From Betaproteobacteria bacterium (GTDB lineage Bacteria; Pseudomonadota; Gammaproteobacteria; Burkholderiales; SG8-39), in NCBI GenBank assembly GCA_025358705.1, contig JANYII010000229.1:1-52545 (forward strand): a DNA stretch of 52,545 nucleotides, in the 5' to 3' direction. The notes beneath the pieces are model-generated. The model was given only the letters and a program-made list of their open reading frames with translations. It was not told the DNA's origin and ran no database searches. Positions 1-9,062 of this stretch are shown here, piece after piece (within the stretch, counting starts at the first letter, position 1; each line of letters opens with the position of its first letter). Position numbers and translations under genes: made by a program.

Positions 1-774
1 GCCGATCTTGTAGTCGGCGATGGTCTTCTGCCCCTCGGCGGAGACCACCCAGTCCACGAACGCCTGGCCCATCTCCTTTTTCACGTGCGGGTGCTTGGCT
101 GGGTTCACCAGCATCACGCCGTACTGGTTGAACAGGCGCTGGTCACCCTCCACCGAGATCACCAGCTCGCCACGGTTCTTGAAGGACAGCCAGGTGCCGC
201 GGTCGGTGAGCGCATAGGCATTCATTCCGGCCGCCGTGTTCAGCGTGGGACCCATGCCGGAACCCGTGTCCCGATACCAAGGCCCCTTGTCCTTCGCCAT
301 GTCGACGCCGGCGAGCTTCCACAGTTCCAGCTCGGCGAAATGCGTGCCGCTCTTGTCGCCGCGCGAGGCGAAGGGCGCCTGCGCCGTCCGGATTTTCTGC
401 AGCGCCGCGACAATGCCCTTGCTGCCCCCCACTTTCGCGGCATCGGACTTCGGCCCCACAAGAATGAAGTCGTTGTACATCACGTCGAAGCGCTGCACGC
501 CGAAACCATCCGCCAGGAACTTCTCCTCCAGCGGCTTCGCGTGCACGAATACGACATCGGCGTCGCCGCGTCTTCCCATGTCGAGCGCCTGGCCGGTGCC
601 AAGCGCAACCACTCGCACCTGGATGCCTGTTTCCCGTTCGAAAACGGGCAGCAGGTGCTTGAAGAGGCCAGACTGCTCGGTCGAGGTCGTGGAGGCGACC
701 GTAATGAATTTCTGCTGTGCGAACACAGAGGTGCACAACAGCAGTCCAAGGATCACCCGCGGCATCAAGCCCAT
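1..774 (-). CDS. tupA: Tungstate ABC transporter substrate-binding protein (TupA-like). The C-terminal end runs off the window.
   Basis: My own reverse translation from ATG 774..772 (GGAGA 7 nt upstream) gives MGLMPRVILGLLLCTSVFAQQKFITVASTTSTEQSGLFKHLLPVFERETGIQVRVVALGTGQALDMGRRGDADVVFVHAKPLEEKF...MYNDFILVGPKSD... It has a signal peptide, and the STTSTE / GTGQAL / GDADV motifs are typical of TupA-type binding proteins. The frame is open to nt 1, so it is missing from the ORF track (no stop in the window). Alternative start ATG 765 (TGATG overlap with the tupC stop). Confidence 0.8.
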   Translation of the reverse strand, partial: MGLMPRVILGLLLCTSVFAQQKFITVASTTSTEQSGLFKHLLPVFERETGIQVRVVALGTGQALDMGRRGDADVVFVHAKPLEEKFLADGFGVQRFDVMYNDFILVGPKSDAAKVGGSKGIVAALQKIRTAQAPFASRGDKSGTHFAELELWKLAGVDMAKDKGPWYRDTGSGMGPTLNTAAGMNAYALTDRGTWLSFKNRGELVISVEGDQRLFNQYGVMLVNPAKHPHVKKEMGQAFVDWVVSAEGQKTIADYKIG

Positions 775-1484
775 GGCAGTTCTCCTTTGATGAACGCAGC
801 CGCCTCCGGCGAGACTGGTTGCTTGAAAAACGTTTCCACTGGAGCGCGCTCGACGAGGCGGCCCTGGTGGATGAACAGGACTTCATCGCCCAGGCGCTGT
901 GCCTGGCCGAGGTTGTGGGTTGCCATCACGATCTTGGTTCCAGAAGCGTCAAAGGCCTTGATGATGGTCTCGATTTCACGCGTGGCGCTGGGATCGAGGC
1001 TCGCCGTCGGCTCGTCGAGAAACAGCACTTCCGGATGCAGCGCCCAGGCACGCGCCAGCGCGAGCCGCTGCTGCTCTCCGCCGGACAGCACCCTTGCGGA
1101 ACGTCCGGCCAGGTGCAAAAGGCCGACTTCCCGCAGAGCCTCATCCGTCCGGCGTTCACGCTCCGCGCGCGCAATGCCCGCCGCCTGCAAGGCGAAGGTC
1201 ACATTGGCGCGGGCGGACCTGCGCAGCATCACCGGACGCTGGAAAACCATCGCCTGCAGCCGGCGCGTCCGGACGCGGTCCGGGTCGCTCCAGTCGATGC
1301 GCCCGGCCGTGGGCGCGAGCAGGCCATGCATGAGCCGCATCAACACGCTCTTGCCGGCGCCGTTTGCTCCGAGGATCACCGTGCTCGGCCCGGCGCTGAT
1401 CTCGACACTCACCCGCTCGAGGATCGTGCGGCCGTCCACCGCAAAACTCACGTCACGCAACGTCAATGGAAGCAAGGCGCTCAT
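765..1484 (-). CDS. tupC: ABC transporter ATP-binding protein (tungstate TupC-like)
   Basis: Track ORF 765..1808 trimmed to the internal ATG at 1484 (MSALLPLTLRDVSF...), which overlaps the tupB stop as ATGA. Walker A GANGAGKS, ABC signature LSGGEQQR, Walker B LFLDEPT. Confidence 0.85.
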   Translation of the reverse strand: MSALLPLTLRDVSFAVDGRTILERVSVEISAGPSTVILGANGAGKSVLMRLMHGLLAPTAGRIDWSDPDRVRTRRLQAMVFQRPVMLRRSARANVTFALQAAGIARAERERRTDEALREVGLLHLAGRSARVLSGGEQQRLALARAWALHPEVLFLDEPTASLDPSATREIETIIKAFDASGTKIVMATHNLGQAQRLGDEVLFIHQGRLVERAPVETFFKQPVSPEAAAFIKGELPWA

Positions 1485-2176
1485 CCGTACTTCCTCTGCG
1501 CGGCTTCCTTGACCAGAAAAGCCGCGGCATTCAGCAATAGCACCAGCAGGATCAGGACGACGCCCAAGCTCAACGCCAGCGGAAGATCGCCCTTGGACGT
1601 TTCCAGCGCGATAGTGGTGGTCATGACGCGCGTAACGCCGTCGATATTGCCGCCGACGATCATCACGGCGCCGACTTCCGCGCTCGCCCGCCCCAGCCCT
1701 GCAAGGATGGCGGTGAGAAGCGAATACCGGATGTCCCACAGCAGGGTCATCGCCGCGGGCACTCCGCTCACGCCGAGCGAGCGCAGCTGCTCCTGGTATT
1801 CCAGCCACGCGTCCTCCACCGCCTGGCGCGTCAGCGCGGCGATGATCGGCAGAATGAGTATTGTCTGCGCCACCACCATCGCTGGAGGCGTGAACAGCAG
1901 CCCGAACTGTCCCAACGGCCCGGCACGCGACAGCAAAAGGTAGACCACCAGGCCCACGACCACCGGCGGCAGGCCCATCAGCGCGTTCAGCAGCACGATC
2001 AGCGCATGCCGGCCCGGGAAGCGCGCCACCGCCACCGCCGCACCGATCGGCAGCGCGAGCAGCGTCGCAAAGAACACCGCGCTCAGGCTCACCTTCAGGC
2101 TGAGGGCTACGATGTCGAGCAGTTTCGCGTCCCCTGAGGCGATCAGGGACGCGGCACCGGAAAGCGCTTCGATCAT
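1481..2176 (-). CDS. tupB: ABC transporter permease (tungstate TupB-like)
   Basis: 231-aa ORF with ATG start. Multi-TM BPD-type permease with an N-terminus (MIEALSGAASLIASGDAKLLDIVALSLKVS) typical of TupB. Sits between the DsrE-like gene (the two are directly abutting) and tupC (4-nt overlap). Confidence 0.8.
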   Translation of the reverse strand: MIEALSGAASLIASGDAKLLDIVALSLKVSLSAVFFATLLALPIGAAVAVARFPGRHALIVLLNALMGLPPVVVGLVVYLLLSRAGPLGQFGLLFTPPAMVVAQTILILPIIAALTRQAVEDAWLEYQEQLRSLGVSGVPAAMTLLWDIRYSLLTAILAGLGRASAEVGAVMIVGGNIDGVTRVMTTTIALETSKGDLPLALSLGVVLILLVLLLNAAAFLVKEAAQRKYG

Positions 2177-2554
2177 TCAGTAGACCAGCGTCACCCAGTC
2201 CTCGTCCATGCAGCGGCCCATCCAGGTCGTAGCGCCCGCCTGGCCCGCAACACCTTCGATCAGCATCTCGGCGCGCACGTCATGGGCGACCATGGATTGG
2301 CTGCAGGCGTAGAACTTCGCGCCTTGCTCCAGCGCGTGCGCCATGTATTCGAAGACTGTACGGTTGCCAGCCGGGCCCGGATACAGCCGGTCGGCCACCC
2401 CCTTCTCCAGCAGGCGCACCGACCTGCTGGTGAAGTACATCTCGACTTCCGTGCCCATCGCACCTGCCGCCGCCGCGTGAAAAAACGGCGTACCACATAG
2501 ATGCGGCATGCCTGGGTCCGTGGCCCAGAGCAGAATCGCGACTTTCTTTTTCAA
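2177..2554 (-). CDS. DsrE/DsrF-like family protein
   Basis: 125 aa: MKKKVAILLWATDP...CGTPFFHAAAAGAMGTEVEMYFTSRSVRLL...KFYACSQSM. Pattern fits the DsrE/F-like alpha/beta fold with conserved Cys residues. The start codon is TTG (2554..2552) with GAAGG upstream. Its stop directly abuts the tupB ATG. Confidence 0.6.
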   Translation of the reverse strand: MKKKVAILLWATDPGMPHLCGTPFFHAAAAGAMGTEVEMYFTSRSVRLLEKGVADRLYPGPAGNRTVFEYMAHALEQGAKFYACSQSMVAHDVRAEMLIEGVAGQAGATTWMGRCMDEDWVTLVY

Positions 2555-2564
2555 GGCTTGGCCT

Positions 2565-3665
2565 TCAAGCTGTGATTTCCCTTGCGCTGATCGTGTACTT
2601 GAAGCTGTCGGGATCGAGGGAGTCCAGCCGTCCCGCTGCCGTCTCCGCCTGCGGATACATCAGGAAGCCGACCTTTGGCCCTTTGGATCCTGGCAACGAA
2701 ACGTCGTGGGCCATGTTGTAGGCCAGCCAGTTCATTTCCCAGGCGCCGAACAGCTTGCGCCGCACCGCGGGCACCAACGGGTCCGCGAGGGTGGTCGGCG
2801 CCGCTCTTTCCTCCAGCACGACCTTGCGTACGTCCGCCGGATCGATCGGCACCCAGCCGAATCCAGCCAGCCACACTTCCGCGCGGCAATGCTGCGCGCG
2901 GGTAACGTTCGAACTGCCGGCACCCAGGCTGCGGTAGCCGAATTCGCTCTTGACCACCCGGATGCCGTATACATCGCGCGCGGGCAGGCCAATCGAGCGC
3001 GCGAGGCCGACGTAAAGCGCATTCAGGTCGGCGCACTTGCCAGCGAGGTTGCCGGCTTCCAGCATCGCTTTGATGTCGCCCACGCCGCAGCCGCGCGTCT
3101 TCGGATTGCGTTCCGTGTTGTCGACGATCCATTCATAGATCGCGCTGGCCTTCTCGAGGTCCGTGCGCTTGCCGCGCGTGATCTCGCGCGCCGTCTTCGC
3201 GACGATGCCGTCGGTCGGCATGAGTTCGGTCGGGCCGGTATAGAACGCGCGGTCGCTGGCAGCCAGGGGCTGCGCAACGCCCGGCCTGGAGAGATCCACC
3301 GCCCGATCGCGCGTCGCGAACCGGCTGGTGAGTTCGACTACCGGCGCCTTCTGGCTGTCCGGCCACTCCGCGTAAAGCATGGCCGCTCCATACTTCGGGT
3401 CGTGCGCCAGGCGCATCGTCGTGGCGTTGCCGTTCCAGGAATTTCCCACGGTGCGCTGCCAGCTTTCGTCCACTGCGGGCACCGGAATCCAAGCCCGCGC
3501 CGCGCTGCCCGCACCACCCGGCTTGACCACCTCGACCCGCGTCACGATCTCGAAGTTGCGCCATTTCTCGGACTGCCTGGGATCGAATTCCCTCTGCTGC
3601 GCGAAGGAAAGCCTCGGCAAAGCGGCGAGCGCGGCGGTAGATGCGATAAAGTCACGTCTCTTCAT
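2565..3665 (-). CDS. Tat-exported transglutaminase-like (Cys-His-Asp core) protein
   Basis: 366 aa. The N-terminus MKRRDFIASTAALAALPRLSFAQQ is a twin-arginine signal. Transglutaminase-core pattern GKCADLNALYVGLARSIGLPARDVYG ... AQHCRAEVWLAGFGWVPIDPAD. Confidence 0.75.
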   Translation of the reverse strand: MKRRDFIASTAALAALPRLSFAQQREFDPRQSEKWRNFEIVTRVEVVKPGGAGSAARAWIPVPAVDESWQRTVGNSWNGNATTMRLAHDPKYGAAMLYAEWPDSQKAPVVELTSRFATRDRAVDLSRPGVAQPLAASDRAFYTGPTELMPTDGIVAKTAREITRGKRTDLEKASAIYEWIVDNTERNPKTRGCGVGDIKAMLEAGNLAGKCADLNALYVGLARSIGLPARDVYGIRVVKSEFGYRSLGAGSSNVTRAQHCRAEVWLAGFGWVPIDPADVRKVVLEERAAPTTLADPLVPAVRRKLFGAWEMNWLAYNMAHDVSLPGSKGPKVGFLMYPQAETAAGRLDSLDPDSFKYTISAREITA

Positions 3666-3705
3666 GTCAGCAGCCCCTTCCGATTCATCAGAGCCGTGAT
3701 TCTAC

Positions 3706-4716
3706 GTGACTGACCTCTGGCCGAGTTGCGGCTACCGACTTTTGCGCAGGAACGCGGACGGGCGCCTGCTGGTGACCGACGACTACCTGCGCCTGTACTA
3801 CGGGCGGCCGGAACTGCTGCCGCCTCCTGAGGCGGAATCCGTCGAACTCGCACTGCACGCGTCGCTGCTGGACGCCCCGCGCCGTGAGGTAACGGACGCC
3901 GAGATAAATTCGCTCACGGACCCGGACGCGCGCGAGAACTATCGCGTCATGCTGCGCTTTCGCACCCGGCTCCTGGAGGCGCCGACGCTGGAGGCGTTTT
4001 ACGCAGACCTGTTCCGCCGCGACATCGCGGTGCCGCCGGACTTCGTCCACCACACGGCGCAGGTGATCCTGCGCAACGTCCTCGATGGGACGGGCAAAGG
4101 TCTCCAAGCGCGCGCCGCAGAGCTGTTTTTCCGCCGGCAGCGCGTCACCATCCAGGACGGCGCCATCATGGCGGCCGACGATGAAACGGTGCAGATGCAC
4201 GCTGAAACCGGTGGCTTCGGCAACCTTGGCAAGCTGCTGCGGGAAGGCCAGGCGTCCCCACGGACGATCGAGCTCGACGTGCTCGACGACAGGAACGCGG
4301 ACCTCTACTTCGAGCGCGACGAGCGCCACGATACCGTCCTCCAGCTGAACTCGGGACGGCCCGGCTGCGCGGCGCTATGCCGGGTGCTCGAGCGCTGGAT
4401 AGCGCATTTTCACGGCGTGCGCACCACGGTGACATCCGTGCGCGAGATTCCCGACGAGGACTGGGTCTGGCACGTCGGCCTCGACGCAGAGGCGACCGGC
4501 GTGCTGAACGAGGTTTACAGCGGAGCCGAAGTCGACGAGGCGCGCATGAAGCGCATCGTCGGCCTGTTTCGCGTGGATTTCCAGGATCCCGCCGTATTGC
4601 GTCCAGAAAATGCCGGTTCCCCGGTGTTCCTGGGGATGGCGACGACGCCGGACGGATCGCTGCGCATGAAGCCGCAGAACCTGCTCACGAACCTGCCGCT
4701 CGCCGCCCGGCTATAA
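3706..4716 (+). CDS. Conserved hypothetical protein (no motif I can assign)
   Basis: 336-aa ORF with a GTG start, G/C-rich third codon positions, and no signal peptide or TM segment. Divergent from the transglutaminase-like gene with only a 40-nt spacer. Confidence 0.55.
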   Translation: MTDLWPSCGYRLLRRNADGRLLVTDDYLRLYYGRPELLPPPEAESVELALHASLLDAPRREVTDAEINSLTDPDARENYRVMLRFRTRLLEAPTLEAFYADLFRRDIAVPPDFVHHTAQVILRNVLDGTGKGLQARAAELFFRRQRVTIQDGAIMAADDETVQMHAETGGFGNLGKLLREGQASPRTIELDVLDDRNADLYFERDERHDTVLQLNSGRPGCAALCRVLERWIAHFHGVRTTVTSVREIPDEDWVWHVGLDAEATGVLNEVYSGAEVDEARMKRIVGLFRVDFQDPAVLRPENAGSPVFLGMATTPDGSLRMKPQNLLTNLPLAARL

Positions 4717-4734
4717 GGGCCGCGCCTGTAAACG

Positions 4735-5439
4735 TCAGCAGCGGATCTGCTGCCGGCAGAACTGCTGGAGGTCTTTGACCACGGCCCCGTCCGCGACCTT
4801 CTGCCGCGCCTTGCTGCCGCCGTGCTCCATCGCCAGCTTGAACTCGAACTTGGCGAAGAAAGCGTCGAACAGTTCGCCGCCCAGCGTACCCACCGCGTAC
4901 AGGCCGTCGCTCTTTGTATCGTACTCAAGCAGGACAGCCGAGAGCGGCTGGGGCGCCGGCCCGCTCACCACCTTGGCGCCGGCGGCCGGGTCATACTCGC
5001 TGTGCTCCGAACAGCAGTGGATCACATTGGCGCGCGCGGTCGATGAAGCCGTCGACTTGTCGCGGTAGCTGATGAAGCTGACCTGCGGCGTCGGATAGTT
5101 CAGGCGATGCGCGCAGATCGCCGAAAAACCGACGATGGCGCGCTTCGGCCCGACGCCCCCGGACCACTTGTACGCCGAACCATCCTCCGTCTTCAGTTCC
5201 ACGTCGCGCACCGTGGGCTTGCCCAGGTTGAGCAGGAAACAGGGCGTGGCCTCGAACGGGTAGTGGAATATGTAGTTGCGGTCGACCACCAGGTCCGCCG
5301 CCCGCAGCGGCCCACCGAATTCGTTTAGCAGCTGCGTGCGCGAATAAAAGCGCGGCTTGAGGTCCTGCGCCGAAAGCGCGTCGGGCGCGGCGAGCGCGCA
5401 GGTCGCGGCGCAGGCCTTGATGAACTCACGTCGCTGCAT
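4735..5439 (-). CDS. Tat-exported Rieske-type [2Fe-2S] domain protein
   Basis: 234 aa. MQRREFIKACAATCALAAPDALSAQ is a Tat signal. Rieske-like ligand boxes CAH (..SAICAHRLNY..) and CSEH (..IHCCSEHSEYD..). Confidence 0.6.
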   Translation of the reverse strand: MQRREFIKACAATCALAAPDALSAQDLKPRFYSRTQLLNEFGGPLRAADLVVDRNYIFHYPFEATPCFLLNLGKPTVRDVELKTEDGSAYKWSGGVGPKRAIVGFSAICAHRLNYPTPQVSFISYRDKSTASSTARANVIHCCSEHSEYDPAAGAKVVSGPAPQPLSAVLLEYDTKSDGLYAVGTLGGELFDAFFAKFEFKLAMEHGGSKARQKVADGAVVKDLQQFCRQQIRC

Positions 5440-5512
5440 GGAAGATGCATCCTATGGCGAACATTGCCTATTGTTGAGAATCCACGTGCGCAGTGTCAAA
5501 CTGAATCTCAAT

Positions 5513-6259
5513 ATGCTGAAACTGATCGCTGGGCTGGTGTTTGCAGCCGCCATCGCCAATCCTGCGGCTGCCCAATCCCCGCTGGTGTTCGCCGCCGCCA
5601 GCCTGAAGAACGCGCTCGACGACGTCGCCGCGCTGGCTCCATCCAAGCCGGTCATTTCCTACGGTGCGAGCCCCGCGCTGGCGAAGCAGATCGAGGCGGG
5701 CGCTCCTGCCCAATTGTTCATCTCGGCCGACCTCGACTGGATGGATTACCTTGACGAGCGCAAGCTGCTGCGCAGCGGGACGCGCAAGAATCTCCTTGGC
5801 AACAGGCTCGTGTTGATCGCGCCATCCGATAGCACCGTAAAAGCGGAAATCCGGCCTGGATTTCCGCTTGCCGCGCTGCTCGGAAATGGACGGCTGGCAA
5901 CAGCGGATCCGCAGTCCGTGCCCGCGGGGAAGTACACCAAGGCCGCACTTGAAAAGCTCGGCGTGTGGGATTTAGTCGCCGGCAAGCTGGCGCCGGCGGA
6001 AAACGTGCGCGTGGCGCTCACGCTGGTGGCACGCGGCGAAACCCCGCTCGGCACCGTCTACGCGACGGATGCCGCAGTCGAGGCGAAGGTGCGCGTGGTC
6101 GCGGTATTCCCGGACGGCCTGCACCCGCCGATCGTCTATCCTGCGGCGCTTACCTCGGCCGCGCCCGCTTCCGGGACTGCCGCGGAATTCCTGTCCCTGC
6201 TCTCTTCGCCTGCGGCCCGCAAAGTCTTCGAAAAATACGGATTCACGCCGCTAAACTGA
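5513..6259 (+). CDS. modA: Molybdate ABC transporter substrate-binding protein
   Basis: Track ORF 5357..6259 trimmed to ATG 5513 (MLKLIAGLVFAAAIANPAAAQ signal peptide). The mature part SPLVFAAASLKNALDDV...ISADLDWMDYL...VPAGKYTKAALEKLGVW...VYATDA is typical of ModA. An in-frame GTG at 5486 is an alternative start. Confidence 0.85.
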   Translation: MLKLIAGLVFAAAIANPAAAQSPLVFAAASLKNALDDVAALAPSKPVISYGASPALAKQIEAGAPAQLFISADLDWMDYLDERKLLRSGTRKNLLGNRLVLIAPSDSTVKAEIRPGFPLAALLGNGRLATADPQSVPAGKYTKAALEKLGVWDLVAGKLAPAENVRVALTLVARGETPLGTVYATDAAVEAKVRVVAVFPDGLHPPIVYPAALTSAAPASGTAAEFLSLLSSPAARKVFEKYGFTPLN

Positions 6260-6263
6260 CGGG

Positions 6264-6968
6264 GTGTTTGACGCCATCACCCTGTCCGAGCTGGAGGCAG
6301 TCCGCCTCAGCCTGAAGGTTGCCGCCGCCAGTACGGTGGCGAGCCTGCCCATTGGTTTCGGCCTCGCCTGGCTGCTGGCCCGCTTCCAGTTTCCCGGTAA
6401 GACGCTGCTCGATGCGGTCATCCACCTGCCGCTGGTGCTGCCGCCGGTGGTGATCGGCTACCTGCTGCTGGTGCTGTTCGGACGCCGCGGGCCGGTCGGC
6501 CAGTGGCTGGACGAGACCTTCGGCATCGTGGTGGCGTTCCGCTGGACGGGCGCCGCGCTCGCCTGCGCGCTGATGGGCCTGCCGCTCATGGTGCGCGCGA
6601 TGCGTCAGTCGCTTGAGGCGATCGACCGCAGGCTGGAGCCGGCGGCGGCCACGCTGGGCGCCGGGCGCCTCTGGGTACTGGCGACCGTGACGATTCCGCT
6701 CAGCATGCCGGGCATCATCACCGGAACGCTACTGTCGTTCGCGCGCAGCCTGGGCGAGTTCGGCGCCACCATCACCTTCGTCTCCAACATCCCCGGCGAG
6801 ACGCAGACGCTGCCGCTCGCCATCTATTCCTACACGCAGGTGCCCGGCGGCGACGCGCAGGCGATGCGGCTATGCGTCCTGTCGGTGCTGCTCTCGCTCG
6901 CGGCCCTGCTGGTTTCCGAACTTCTGGTGCGGCGCTCCAACCGCAGGGTGCATGGCGATGCGCATTGA
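6264..6968 (+). CDS. modB: Molybdate ABC transporter permease
   Basis: 234 aa with a GTG start. N-terminus ...LSELEAVRLSLKVAAAST, and the EAA-type loop ARSLGEFGATITFVSNIPGETQTLPLAIY is typical of ModB. Confidence 0.9.
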   Translation: MFDAITLSELEAVRLSLKVAAASTVASLPIGFGLAWLLARFQFPGKTLLDAVIHLPLVLPPVVIGYLLLVLFGRRGPVGQWLDETFGIVVAFRWTGAALACALMGLPLMVRAMRQSLEAIDRRLEPAAATLGAGRLWVLATVTIPLSMPGIITGTLLSFARSLGEFGATITFVSNIPGETQTLPLAIYSYTQVPGGDAQAMRLCVLSVLLSLAALLVSELLVRRSNRRVHGDAH

Positions 6969-8049
6969 AGTAGATGTCGAGAAGCGCCTGGGCGCCTTCC
7001 ACCTGCGAGCGGCGTTCTCAACCGACGCTGCGGTCACCGCACTGTTCGGCCGCTCAGGCTGCGGCAAGAGCAGCGTGCTCAATCTCGTCGCCGGCCTGAT
7101 GCGCCCGGACGCAGGACGCATTGCCGTCGGCGATCGCGTGCTGTTCGACAGCGCCGCAGGCGTTGGCATCGCACCGGAGAGGCGGCGCGTGGGCTACGTA
7201 TTCCAGGACGGGCTGCTGCTACCGCACCTGAGCGTGCGCCAGAACCTGCTCTACGGCCGCTTTTTCACGCCGCAGGCGGAGCGCTGGGCGGATTTCGACC
7301 GCATTGTCGCGCTGCTCGATCTCGCGCCGCTGCTTGACCGCCGGCCCCACCGCCTGTCCGGCGGCGAGAAACAGCGCGTCGCCATCGGCCGCGCGCTACT
7401 GGCGAGCCCGCGCCTGCTGCTGATGGACGAGCCGCTCGCGTCGCTGGATGCCGGCCGGCGCGGCGAGATCCTCTACTACATCGAGCGCCTGCGCGACGAA
7501 GTCGGCGTGCCGATCCTCTATGTCAGCCACGAAATCGAGGAAGTGGTGCGCCTCGCCGGTCATATGGTGCTGCTGTCCGACGGCGGCGTCGCCGCCTCAG
7601 GCTCGGTGCACGAGTTGATGAGCCGCATCGAACTGCGCCGCCTCATCGGCCGCTACGAGGGTGGCGCGGTGATCGAGGCTAAAGTCGCTTCCCAGGATCT
7701 GCAGACCGGCCTCGCGCACCTCGCGTTTCCGGGCGGCGAATTGCTGGTCGCGGACGTGGATGCGCTAGTCGGCGAACCGCTGCGCGTGCGCATCCGTGCG
7801 CGCGACGTATCCATCGCTCTCGAACGACCGCGCGACATCAGCGTGCTCAACTGCCTGCCCGGGCGCATCGTTGAGATCGGCAAGGAGCCGGGCTCCAGCG
7901 TCGACGTGCGTGTGGACGTATCCGGCACGCCGATCCTCGCCCGCATCACGCGCCATTCCGCCGAGCGCCTCGGACTCGCCCCTGGCAAGGATGTCTGGAC
8001 GCTGGTGAAGGCCGTGTCGCTGGACCGGCACAGCGTCGGTTACGCCTGA
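6952..8049 (+). CDS. modC: Molybdate ABC transporter ATP-binding protein with a C-terminal TOBE/Mop-like domain
   Basis: 365 aa. Walker A GRSGCGKSS, signature LSGGEKQR, Walker B LLMDEPL, plus a ~130-aa C-terminal extension. Overlaps the modB stop by 17 nt. Confidence 0.9.
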   Translation: MAMRIEVDVEKRLGAFHLRAAFSTDAAVTALFGRSGCGKSSVLNLVAGLMRPDAGRIAVGDRVLFDSAAGVGIAPERRRVGYVFQDGLLLPHLSVRQNLLYGRFFTPQAERWADFDRIVALLDLAPLLDRRPHRLSGGEKQRVAIGRALLASPRLLLMDEPLASLDAGRRGEILYYIERLRDEVGVPILYVSHEIEEVVRLAGHMVLLSDGGVAASGSVHELMSRIELRRLIGRYEGGAVIEAKVASQDLQTGLAHLAFPGGELLVADVDALVGEPLRVRIRARDVSIALERPRDISVLNCLPGRIVEIGKEPGSSVDVRVDVSGTPILARITRHSAERLGLAPGKDVWTLVKAVSLDRHSVGYA

Positions 8050-8141
8050 TATAATTTTCGCGTGGGGAATGCAGACTCCCCGCAAGCAACATCCAAGACG
8101 CCGGTGCGTCCAAGCTCTGCAGGACTCTTAAGGAGAGAGCC

Positions 8142-9062
8142 ATGGACGCACCCGCAATTCTTCCCCTGCCTTTCGACGCCGCAATGCTGCGCGGCCTTTC
8201 GGAGCGGCTCCTGCAATCCCATCACCAGAACAACTACGGCGGTGCCGTCAAGCGGCTGCGTGCAATTCGCGCCGAACTCGCCGGCCTCGACTGGACGACT
8301 GCGCCGGTGTTTCGCATCAACGGGCTGAAGCGCGAAGAACTGGTCGCGGCGAACTCCATGGTGCTGCACGAGCTCTATTTCGCCAGCCTAGGCGGCGACG
8401 GCAAGCTCAAGCCGGCTGGAAAGCCGGCGGGCTTCGGCGTCGGCCTGAAGCGCGATTTCGGATCCTTCGAGCACTGGTGCGCCGAATTCGTCGCGCTGGC
8501 AACGGCGATGGGCGGCGGCTCCGGCTGGGCGCTGTTCTCCTGGTCCGCGCGCGAAAACCGGCTCGTCAACCACTGGGCCGCCGACCACACCCACTTGCTC
8601 GCGGGTGCGACGCCAATCCTTGCGCTCGACATGTACGAGCATTCGTATCACATGGACTTCGGCACCAACGCCAAAGCCTATGTCGCCGCGTTCATGGAGA
8701 ACATCGACTGGGATGGCGTGGCGCTGCGCTACGCGGCCGCGGTCGAGGGTTCCACCGCGGCGCTCGCGGTTGGCGCGAAGGAAATCCAGAATGGGAATTC
8801 CAAGCGCATCGACGTACGCCGCAAGGGCGCCTACGAAGCCGCGCCGGAATTGATCGAAGGCGCCGTCTGGCTCGATCCGGAGAAAGTTGACGAATGGGCG
8901 GGCGGATTGGCGGGCACGGAGGTGGTCGTCTATTGCGTTTACGGACATGAAGTCGGGCAATCGACCGCCGCTCGCCTGCGCGATGCCGGCGTCTCGGCAC
9001 GCTATCTGGCGGGAGGCATCGAGGACTGGAAGGCCGCTGGCCTGCCAATGAAGGCGAAATGA
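8142..9062 (+). CDS. Fe/Mn superoxide dismutase-like (ChrC-like) domain fused to a C-terminal rhodanese-like domain
   Basis: 306 aa with a strong RBS (AAGGAGAGAGCC-ATG). SOD-family motifs: SHHQNNYGGAV, VLHELYF, LALDMYEHSYHMDF. The C-terminal ~95 aa (VVVYCVYGHEVGQSTAARLRDAGVSARYLAGGIEDWKAAGLP) fits the rhodanese fold with a Cys in the active-site loop. The stop overlaps the chrA start (ATGA). Confidence 0.7.
   Translation: MDAPAILPLPFDAAMLRGLSERLLQSHHQNNYGGAVKRLRAIRAELAGLDWTTAPVFRINGLKREELVAANSMVLHELYFASLGGDGKLKPAGKPAGFGVGLKRDFGSFEHWCAEFVALATAMGGGSGWALFSWSARENRLVNHWAADHTHLLAGATPILALDMYEHSYHMDFGTNAKAYVAAFMENIDWDGVALRYAAAVEGSTAALAVGAKEIQNGNSKRIDVRRKGAYEAAPELIEGAVWLDPEKVDEWAGGLAGTEVVVYCVYGHEVGQSTAARLRDAGVSARYLAGGIEDWKAAGLPMKAK

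Noticed and set aside
85-1512. Plus-strand 475-aa ORF, and minus-strand ORF 143..886 at the left edge
   Set aside because: The true genes here are tupA (a minus-strand frame open to nt 1, absent from the track) and tupC. These track ORFs are in other frames or on the other strand and are compositionally biased.
5440-5512. ModE operator upstream of modA
   Set aside because: No TATAT-N-TAYAT-type inverted repeat is visible in the spacer.
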